Source: an uncultured Chitinophaga sp.
GTDB taxonomy: Bacteria; Planctomycetota; Planctomycetia; Planctomycetales; Planctomycetaceae
Assembly (NCBI GenBank): GCA_964561125.1
Contig: CAZLOQ010000012.1
Span: 41-64,040 of the forward strand
DNA length: 64,000 nt
Direction: 5' to 3'
Shown here: piece by piece, positions 19,101 to 25,458 of the stretch
Numbering within the stretch: position 1 is the first letter of the stretch
Layout of the letters: every line of letters begins with the position of its first letter
Notes under the pieces: model-generated
What the model was told of the DNA's origin: nothing
What the model saw: only the letters and a program-made list of their open reading frames with translations
Databases searched by the model: none
Program-made: the position numbers and the translations under genes

Positions 19101-19505
19101 ACCCGATGGACGGCCCGCCAACTCCTTTCTGCCCGCCAGCCAACCCACACGATTGGTCAGAAAACAAACCGATGTCAGCCGACACTCAAACGGAACCGCC
19201 AGTGTCTCCCACGTACGGCCACCATCCGCCGACAGACACACAACCCCACGCTCACCCACCGCCGCACAAAAATTGCCCACACTGCAGACATCAAGCAGAG
19301 AGGCATCTTCCAGCTGCGCCGCCGTTCTCCGCAGCGTTCCCCCGCTGAACGCTGCCACCGCCGGATCTTCTTCAACCAGACGCAGCTGACGCTCCTGGGA
19401 AAATCCCGTGGCCTCTGCGACAAACAGCAGTACGACCAGTACCCACCGCGGCGTCCGCAGGCACAGACCGCGACGCCAACGCAGTAACCCAGCACACGAC
19501 AGCAT
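16155..19505 (-). CDS. Large secreted/anchored protein: BNR (Ycf48-like) propeller, helical middle region, C-terminal CBM9/DOMON-like domain
   Basis: ATG at 19505 (MLSCAGLL...; a TTG alternative at 19526). Six Asp-box-like repeats (DGGRTWETL, DGGATWRDL, DGGLTWQAL, DSGVTWRT, DGGASWEV, DDGATWECV). A (DVPPG)x4 repeat. The tail with DGQLSDEIWQAADEL and LAWDSEFLYVSARL resembles carbohydrate-binding family 9. Confidence 0.7.
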   Translation of the reverse strand: MLSCAGLLRWRRGLCLRTPRWVLVVLLFVAEATGFSQERQLRLVEEDPAVAAFSGGTLRRTAAQLEDASLLDVCSVGNFCAAVGERGVVCLSADGGRTWETLAVPFECRLTSVCFLTNRVGWLAGRKELAGRPSGAAVLLATRDGGATWRDLTSSGIGLGSGSGAVNSVAGGVGRLPGIEQLQFFGLEDALAICGPDAEFGGATVFRSRDGGLTWQALETDRPAAPWVAMGCFSAEEAVLGGLRQQSGALVSGELVVLEEPRRTLRSLRGISVDRDGRGWLGGDGGILLQTEDSGVTWRTAEGEFPRGLSEVLDLRTVAHRNDTVLAGGFPGSVLACSDDGGASWEVRRLPMGGVLQRLRPLGESGFVGVRTFGVIVRSDDDGATWECVRGAGRHSGVLNLVTEGDSCAWELLARESAEQGLRAAVFQLSGQLGALSDDGVFRDKQQRQRQALMLLSVNELEQDWMFAREQRLQHISRQALLTGWDRQTDGRLGELLPLRLARSLCAFRPLVVVVEPMAGDDAVCELLLEALPRALELAAEPGGTSLEAAGLEPWQPLRVVRRLPRSQRGALQYSRDDLLECSGTSIGLACAGVWSAVGLEQEAVVESAAVSSVAYGSWPETGEPVERLTAGIERYLTSAVRRAVVRRSREELEELRAILRRGRVESAALGGTEMLQGAAEAFVGNLETAGAELPAALAEQQLRELAALCLERNNVEGCLAVQQELVRRFPGSAAGWRAAAELLLMYSSAEVRHYRLGRGAPGFAGLRGVADVPPGDVPPGDVPPGDVPPGDAGTAGDGALRPRMEQGAATPFGGPRTGQLTAVNETWNRQAQTAWKLLQRHARGEYGVIRAVPPSASLRWGISLSRSQSAGEAASLLTGLARRRDLPGRWAESEFQQQQGLRSVWLRTVNLEQSALRPLLDGQLSDEIWQAADELSLEPAAGRGVTGVDAPRSLAMLAWDSEFLYVSARLERAQGRELLQTALERAYDEPHGERDRLELCVDTDRDLLTAFQLTIDETGRTNDACWRLGKWNPEWYVATEADERSWRVECAVPLAELSAEAVRPGTLWSLRLRRLCPGQADQEVPVAEAGVDGGTLVSADGAFLVRFIRPQSGRR
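17131..17194. repeat. 15-bp tandem repeat x4 (tcaccRggcggcaca) inside the BNR/CBM9-like CDS
   Basis: Units at 17131, 17146, 17161 and 17176, the last three identical. On the coding (minus) strand they encode VPPGDVPPGDVPPGDVPPGD. Confidence 0.9.
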
Positions 19506-19544
19506 GAGCGTCCATTCTTCGGGCAATCGTGGTGATCAGCACCC

Positions 19545-20507
19545 TCAGGGCTTCGCAGCAGCAACCTGCGTACGGTACAGCCCTTTACCTGCCGTAATGT
19601 ACAAAGTGCCGGAATCGTCGCCCATGCCAAATCCACAGTTGGTAGGCAGAGCCGGTGTGACAAGGAAATCCAGCTCCTTTCCGGCAGCATCGTAAACCGC
19701 AATGCCGAATCTCTGTTCCGATCGCACAGCCGCGAAAATCCGACCACTCCGATCCACTGCCATCCCGTCAATCCCGTTCTCGCTGCCGAAATCCACCAAC
19801 ACTCGCGGACTCGATAAACGTCCTGTCGGTGAAATCGAAAAGGCCAGCAGTTGCATGAGCCCTTTGGGGCCAGGCACTTCCCCGGGCAACCCGCTGGACC
19901 CGTTGTCTGTCTCCGCCACGTACAACGTCTGACCGTCCGGAGATACCTCGATCCCATTCGGCTTCTTCGCCGCATCCGTAGCTACTCGCAGAGTTCGTGT
20001 CGCCGGGTCCCAGCAGTAGACAAGCATTTGCGGGTGCGTGAGCGGTTCAGGGCCGACATAACGCGGATCGGAAAAATAAATCAGACCCTGCGGATGCACC
20101 ACCAGATCGTTCGGCGCGTTGAACGCCCGCCCCTGATAACGTCCCACAACCACCTCAGGAACCCCTGATTCGCTGAACCGCATCAACGCCCGGCCACCCT
20201 CGTTCGCACCGCAGCAGGCCAGTAACTGGCCGGCGCTGTCAAATGCCAGACCGTTGCTCTTGCGACTGTCCGCACAGAAGACTTCCGTTTTTCCCGACGT
20301 CCGGTCGTATACAAGAATTCGTCCCGGAGTTGCCGCAGCAGAAGGAATGTCACTGAAGTAAATCCGACCGTCCCGTGCTGCCGCAACGCCCTCAGTGAAC
20401 TCGCCTTCGTTCCATAACTCCTCCGGCGGAACTCCGGGGAAGACCTGAGCGATTGCGGGGGATGCAGTGCAGACAAGCAGCAGGAGCGAAAAGATGCGCT
20501 GGAACAT
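19545..20507 (-). CDS. SMP-30/gluconolactonase/LRE-like beta-propeller, secreted
   Basis: ATG at 20507 (MFQRIFSLLLLVCTASPAIAQ signal). Repeated family blocks follow: EGVAAARDGRIYFSD, NGLAFDSAGQLLAC, PNDLVVHPQGLIYFSDP, PNGIEVSPDGQTLYVAE, DGMAVDRSGRIF. The track ORF to 21134 is an artefactual upstream extension. Confidence 0.8.
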   Translation of the reverse strand: MFQRIFSLLLLVCTASPAIAQVFPGVPPEELWNEGEFTEGVAAARDGRIYFSDIPSAAATPGRILVYDRTSGKTEVFCADSRKSNGLAFDSAGQLLACCGANEGGRALMRFSESGVPEVVVGRYQGRAFNAPNDLVVHPQGLIYFSDPRYVGPEPLTHPQMLVYCWDPATRTLRVATDAAKKPNGIEVSPDGQTLYVAETDNGSSGLPGEVPGPKGLMQLLAFSISPTGRLSSPRVLVDFGSENGIDGMAVDRSGRIFAAVRSEQRFGIAVYDAAGKELDFLVTPALPTNCGFGMGDDSGTLYITAGKGLYRTQVAAAKP

Positions 20508-20529
20508 GGGAACATCCTTCTTCAGGTTT

Positions 20530-21867
20530 TCAGGGAGCCTGATCGGTGGATTCAACAGCTGACAGACCCAGCGGTACCAGTACCGGGGACGCCGCAGTCC
20601 GGCTGTCAGCACCCGATGACTGTACCGGCAGAAAAGGAGCAGCCGTGTGCGAATGGTCGTGCCCCGCATACACCCCGAAATCATTGAACAACAGCCGTTT
20701 AGCCAGACGGTAATACCAGTTCTTCTCAGGGATCTCGTGCCCCGGATGATACTGCGATGTCCGCGGCACCATCGCCCGCAACTCCTGCATGGCCGTCTGC
20801 CGCGCCGTTGAATCCTTCGCCTGATGGGAGTCAACCAGCTTTGCCAGCAGATCAGGACGCTCGAGCACGATGCAGCCGCGGGTGGTTTCCTGGGAGAGTC
20901 GACGGAAGTCCGCCAGAAACTCAGACTGCGTGAACTTTTCAAACAACGACCGCGAATCACTCTCGGAGTGAATCGACTCACGCGAAAACTGGACGATCGG
21001 ACACGGCTCGATGTCACCCCACGGATTGATGTGGTGACTGATCCCGTTCGCCGCCGGACACAGCGCCCGACCCTCGCCGTCGTAGTAAGCGTCAATGATG
21101 ATAATCGGCTTCTTCGCACGCATGTCCACCACAAACTGACGCGCCCGACGCTGCTGCTCCGGCGTCAGACACAACTCGCTGGTCGCATCCGGACCCATCG
21201 GACGGTAAACGTGAAACCACGTGTAAAGCACTCCCATCTCGATCAACCGGTCCACCCACGCTTCCGTCAGCAAATGGTCGATGTTGCTCCGCGCGAGGCT
21301 GGTGCAGACTCCCGTCATCACGTTCTGCGCCAGACAGTTGTGGATCCCCTGCAGAGTCTTGCTGTACACACCCGCGCGACCCCGACGCTCGTCGCTGATG
21401 ATCTCGTTGCCCTCCACACTGATCAGCGGAGTGACATTGCCCAGCTCAAACAGCCGCCGCGCTTTTTCTTCCGTGATAAAGTGACCGTTTGTGAAGATCT
21501 GAAAATAACAGTCCGGGTGGGCCTCCAGAATCTCAAACAACTCCGGATGCATGAACGGCTCGCCACCCACCAGCCCGAAAAAGGAATTGCCCTGAGCCTT
21601 CGCTTCGCCAATCAGACGATTCATCGCAGCGACGTCGATCGTCTGCTGCTTGTGCGCCACGTCCACCCAGCAACCCTGGCAGCGAAGATTGCAGCTGTTG
21701 ATGATCGACACATACAGGAATGGCGGAAAAAACTGGCCGCGACGCATGCGACTACGATGCCGCAGGACCGACAGCGAACCCTTCACGCCAAGATTCCACA
21801 CCAGCTTCCAAAGCAGCCGCTTGTTCGTCTCAAACAGCACCCGGCGAGCCATTTTCAGGGTGTACAT
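20530..21867 (-). CDS. Radical SAM protein (with C-terminal Cys-containing auxiliary region), subfamily unassigned
   Basis: CxxxCxxC cluster motif in SIINSCNLRCQGCWV. GGEPF and FTNG blocks. A later LCPAANGISHHINPWGDIEPCP segment suggests a twitch/SPASM-like addition. 445 aa. Confidence 0.8.
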   Translation of the reverse strand: MYTLKMARRVLFETNKRLLWKLVWNLGVKGSLSVLRHRSRMRRGQFFPPFLYVSIINSCNLRCQGCWVDVAHKQQTIDVAAMNRLIGEAKAQGNSFFGLVGGEPFMHPELFEILEAHPDCYFQIFTNGHFITEEKARRLFELGNVTPLISVEGNEIISDERRGRAGVYSKTLQGIHNCLAQNVMTGVCTSLARSNIDHLLTEAWVDRLIEMGVLYTWFHVYRPMGPDATSELCLTPEQQRRARQFVVDMRAKKPIIIIDAYYDGEGRALCPAANGISHHINPWGDIEPCPIVQFSRESIHSESDSRSLFEKFTQSEFLADFRRLSQETTRGCIVLERPDLLAKLVDSHQAKDSTARQTAMQELRAMVPRTSQYHPGHEIPEKNWYYRLAKRLLFNDFGVYAGHDHSHTAAPFLPVQSSGADSRTAASPVLVPLGLSAVESTDQAP

Positions 21868-22003
21868 AGGAAAATTCCGGTTCGGATTCAGGAAATCGGC
21901 GCGGATTGTTGCTGACTGATGCCAAGTCTACCACATCCCGGCCCCTTGTCCCAGCACAACACGGCAATCCCGAATGCACCGCTGCCTTTCTCACCACATC
22001 CCT

Positions 22004-23548
22004 TCAACCCTTGTACTTCTTAATCAGCGACTTCGCCTCGTCCAGCAGCTTCTTCTGCAGCACCGCATTCTGCGGATCCACCGCCGAAAATTCCATCAGA
22101 CGATTCAATGCACCCAGACAGTTCTTCGCCGACTGACGCGTTGATCCCGCTTCCGTCATCAACGCCACATACGCCCCAAACTCACGCTTCATCAAATCCT
22201 GCTGCCCCTTGAACTTCACCGCCTCTGTCACCGGATTCAGCTTCTCACATGTCTCGATCGCCAGCTCCATGCGACTGATATAACGCGCCTCATCCGTCTT
22301 GAAGTAACGCATCAGCGGTGTGTAACCAAACCAGATTGCCGCCAGCACGCCCAAACCCAGCAAGGCCTGAACAGGCCCGTTGAACTCCAGACGAATATCC
22401 GGCAGCCACGATCCGCCACTCGATGACTTTGACTTCGGTGCAGCCCGCAGGACCGGCCTTGATGCTGCCGCTGCCGCCGCACTGGAAGACTGCGAAGCCG
22501 GACTCACACTGCCCCAGTTGCGAACTCCCGCGGGAGCCGCAGTGGACGATACCGTCTCCGCTGAAGTCACCCCTGACACAGACCCTGATATTGACGCGAC
22601 TCCCGCAGCAGTCCCGCTCGAGCCCGGACCAGCCGCGGGTCGCCCGGCACCCGCATCAACCGCCGCAACAGCCGTCGCAGACTGCCCGGATGACTCACCG
22701 TCCTCCTCCTCGGCAAACACCTCACTCAGAATATTGTCAACCAGCTTTTCTTCCGCCTGACGGGACTGCTTCCTGCCACGTCCCCCCTTCGCCTTCGCAC
22801 CACCCCCCGCTGGCCCGGACTTCGACCCTGAACCGCCAGTCCCCCCTCCTGAACCCGCGTTCCCGGCTTCCAGCTTCGCTCCCCGTGATGCCTCAGCAAC
22901 CGCAGACGCTGGAACGGCCGCAGAAGCCGGTGCCGGCGCCGGTGCCGGTGCCGGTGCCGGAACTTCCAACACAGGTACAGGCGGTGCTGCAGAGACCGGA
23001 ACAGGGGATGCCACAGCCGCCACCGGTGCAGCAGCCACGACAGGCGTCTCCGGCATCCGCAACAAAAATGCGGCCGATAATTCAGAAAACTCACCGGCTG
23101 CCTGCCACAGAAAATCCTCCTCCGCCCGCACCAGATCCGTCTCCTGCAGCCGCCCCGCCTCCGCCATCCGAATCAGCGTATCCAGCGGAATTGGCCCCAG
23201 TGTCTGCCCGAAAAACTGGTAGTAGTACTGCGCTGGCCCCGCCGGCCGCTCCACAACTGCTGAGCCCTGCTTCCGCGCCGCCCCCGTCGCCGCCCCGGAC
23301 TCTTCAAACTCGAAATTCAACTCCGACAGCTCCTGCGCCACGTCAGACTGATCCCCGGCAGCGTCCCCCGCACTGTCGTCGACAGAAAGGTCGATGCCGG
23401 CTGCAGACAACGGCATCCAGTCCCCGGAGTCCACACTTCTGACCTGGTCCGAATTTCCCAGTGTCCCGTCAGTCAGCAGCTGCCGCAGACTCGCTGCGGA
23501 GACCGGACCAAATTCTTCACCCAGCAATTGGTAATACCACTGCGTCAT
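22004..23548 (-). CDS. GYF_2 (DUF4339) domain protein with low-complexity linker, TM segment and C-terminal domain
   Basis: Two GYF_2-like modules (MTQWYYQLLGEEFGPVSAASLRQLLTDGTL, then YYYQFFGQTLGPIPLDTLIRMAEAGRL). A long A/P/G/S-rich linker including (PA)6. One TM (LLGLGVLAAIWFGY). A roughly 110-aa helical tail. Confidence 0.7.
   Translation of the reverse strand: MTQWYYQLLGEEFGPVSAASLRQLLTDGTLGNSDQVRSVDSGDWMPLSAAGIDLSVDDSAGDAAGDQSDVAQELSELNFEFEESGAATGAARKQGSAVVERPAGPAQYYYQFFGQTLGPIPLDTLIRMAEAGRLQETDLVRAEEDFLWQAAGEFSELSAAFLLRMPETPVVAAAPVAAVASPVPVSAAPPVPVLEVPAPAPAPAPAPASAAVPASAVAEASRGAKLEAGNAGSGGGTGGSGSKSGPAGGGAKAKGGRGRKQSRQAEEKLVDNILSEVFAEEEDGESSGQSATAVAAVDAGAGRPAAGPGSSGTAAGVASISGSVSGVTSAETVSSTAAPAGVRNWGSVSPASQSSSAAAAAASRPVLRAAPKSKSSSGGSWLPDIRLEFNGPVQALLGLGVLAAIWFGYTPLMRYFKTDEARYISRMELAIETCEKLNPVTEAVKFKGQQDLMKREFGAYVALMTEAGSTRQSAKNCLGALNRLMEFSAVDPQNAVLQKKLLDEAKSLIKKYKG
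22926..22961. repeat. Hexanucleotide repeat (gccggY)x6 encoding (PA)6
   Basis: Six consecutive gccggt/gccggc units lie inside the GYF-protein CDS. Confidence 0.85.
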
Positions 23549-24420
23549 AACGGCCTCGCAAACAACTCATGCCAGAGTTCCCCATCCATGCTCCGATTCA
23601 CCGGACCGGAAGTTCCCGCCGATTCTACAGAGACGCACTGCCTCCGGAACCGGACGCTCTGCCCGTGTTCACACGAAATTCACACAAGGTCCATCTTTAT
23701 CGGATCCGCAAAGGCACCGGAAAACAAAAGGCCACGAGGGTGAACACCAGCACTGTGCAGCTGCACACATGCCTGTTACGCCCGCAGGTGTCAGTTCCAG
23801 TCAGACCTGAGCGCACTTTTCCAGCAGCAGGGATGCAGTTTTGGAATTTGTCGATTCCAGTAGTGCTGCAGTGACGCAGGTTCCTGACGGCGCGACTGTT
23901 TTGAAGATGCCTCAGAGCGGAATTGCCGCTCTGCCCGAGGACTTGACTTTCCGGGAAAGCACTCTCACAGGCCCACTGCAGGATGACAAATTTGACAAAT
24001 CCTTGCAGGATCGGCCTTCTTGTCGGAGGTGTCTCTGCCTGGTGAAGGGATGTGAAGCAGGAAGACTGCCAGTTCTGCGGTCCGCCGTCTGAATCGCCGG
24101 AGCCGGATATTTTTTGCCCGCCTGTGTGGATGCCTGCGAGGGTCATCAGTATCACCCGGACTTTGCAAAATCCTGTTGCTCGCGACCGGGCTGCTGTGTG
24201 CGGTTTACCGCAATGACGCGTTCTCCGCAGTAGTGTTTCTGAAGCTCGGACTGTCGCGAGGGCAGCGACCAGTTGAAACTCTGGTCGCTGTCTTTGACGT
24301 GTCGCGGGGTGCGAATCGCCTGCACGGCGCGTTGGGGGGGGCCGAGGGATTGGGAGTTCGTCGGCCGGATCCGGAAAAGGCCTGCCGCTGATGCGTTGCG
24401 GCTGAGGTCGGGGGCAGCGA

Positions 24421-25149
24421 TTACTTCAGTTCCGCGATGCAGAGATCGCGGAATTCGGCCCACATAGGTTTGCCGGCGTGCAGCTGCAGTGCGAGGATGC
24501 CGTCGAGGAGTGTGAGGTCGGGAGCGTTGTCATGGAAGTCAATGATCTGCTGACCATTCATGAAATGCTGGATGTGGTTTCCCTTGGCGCGGATGATGAC
24601 GTCGTTCCAGTCATCGAGGCGGAAGAGCTTTTTCCAGGCTTCCTGGTCAACCAGCGAGCTGGATTCCACCTTCTTCCCTGTGGGCTCCCACGACGCTTTT
24701 TCGCCGACCAGAATAATGCGGCCGCGTTTTCCGCCTTCGTCGTAGATAAAGCCTGAAACGTTGGGGAACATGATTTCGTTGCGGAGTTCATGCTGGTATC
24801 CGCGGACGACCCATTTGTTGCGGGGATTGCCTTCCGTGATGTGTCTGGAGCGATATTGGATTCCGGAGTTGTTTGTGGCATTGCAGCGGAAAGAAAGTCG
24901 CAGTTCAAAGTCACCCGTGCGGCCTCCCTTCCAGATCAGAAAGGTGTTGCCATCGGCTTTGTTTTCTTCTGTAGTTTCCCCATGGATGACACCATCTTTG
25001 ACGGACCAGAGCCGGGGATCGCCGTCCCAGCCGTCGAGATTCGCACCGTTGAAGATCTTTGTTATCGCCGAAGAATCGGCCGGCTTGTCCTGAGCGTGAA
25101 TTGCGGTGGCTGGGAGGAGCAGCAGGATCAGGATCAGCGGTCGGAGCAT
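24421..25149 (-). CDS. DUF1080 (3-keto-disaccharide hydrolase-like) domain protein, secreted
   Basis: Signal peptide. FNGANLDGWDGDPRLWSVKDGVIHG, the NSGIQYRS block and LALQLHAGKPMWAEFRDL are the typical DUF1080 landmarks. Confidence 0.85.
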   Translation of the reverse strand: MLRPLILILLLLPATAIHAQDKPADSSAITKIFNGANLDGWDGDPRLWSVKDGVIHGETTEENKADGNTFLIWKGGRTGDFELRLSFRCNATNNSGIQYRSRHITEGNPRNKWVVRGYQHELRNEIMFPNVSGFIYDEGGKRGRIILVGEKASWEPTGKKVESSSLVDQEAWKKLFRLDDWNDVIIRAKGNHIQHFMNGQQIIDFHDNAPDLTLLDGILALQLHAGKPMWAEFRDLCIAELK

Positions 25150-25458
25150 TTGCGGAGGCCTTTCGCGCGGTCGGGGTCGGTGGGGTGAAGGAGTGTACGG
25201 CGGGAAAGTATGCGCGATGGAGTGGCCAAATACCAGGCCAGGTGCTGTCAGGCCGACATCCCGACGGATTGACTGCCTCTGCAGACAAAGCGAACTCCGC
25301 AGATGAAGGGTATCAGGGGGCGTTCTTCAGTTGCTTTCCAAACGACTCCTTCCGATATTACGCAGCACGGCAGCACTGTCCGCCCCGGAAACGGCTTCAA
25401 TTCAGCTGCCGCCGGGGACGGAAAATCGCCACAGCTTTCCCTTTGACGGCATCCCACC

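Noticed and set aside
20508-21134. Upstream extension of the lactonase ORF (the track gives 19545..21134)
   Set aside because: The extension overlaps the radical SAM gene in another frame and is R/S/C-rich nonsense. The ATG at 20507 gives a clean signal peptide.
21909-21925. TTGGCATCAGTCAGCAA on the minus strand, 45-60 nt upstream of the radical SAM start: a possible sigma-54 promoter
   Set aside because: The GG-to-GC spacing is 9 nt rather than the required 10, so it fails the strict -24/-12 geometry. A second TGGCAT...TTTGC match at 23560-23580 has 12-nt spacing.
23940-23975. GGAAAGTC on the minus strand, reminiscent of the RNase P RNA GGAAAGUCCGGGC core
   Set aside because: The following bases (AAGTCCTCGGGCAG) and the rest of the region do not match the conserved P4/J-regions as I remember them. 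No ACAGAACCCGGCUUA-like 3' element is present.
23841-24092. 83-aa plus-strand ORF in the long intergenic gap
   Set aside because: It has a TTG start, T/A-rich third positions unlike real genes here, and no motif. The 152-aa minus ORF (23697..24155) has better GC3 but odd composition. I left it as an alternative under the finding rather than calling it a feature.
23665-24133. DnaA-box-like 9-mers (GTGTTCACA, AAATTCACA, TGTGGATGC)
   Set aside because: These are not sufficient as evidence on their own. The best match is 7/9, there is no cluster of perfect boxes, no clear AT-rich unwinding element and no dnaA/dnaN neighbour. I kept this only as part of the skew-switch finding.
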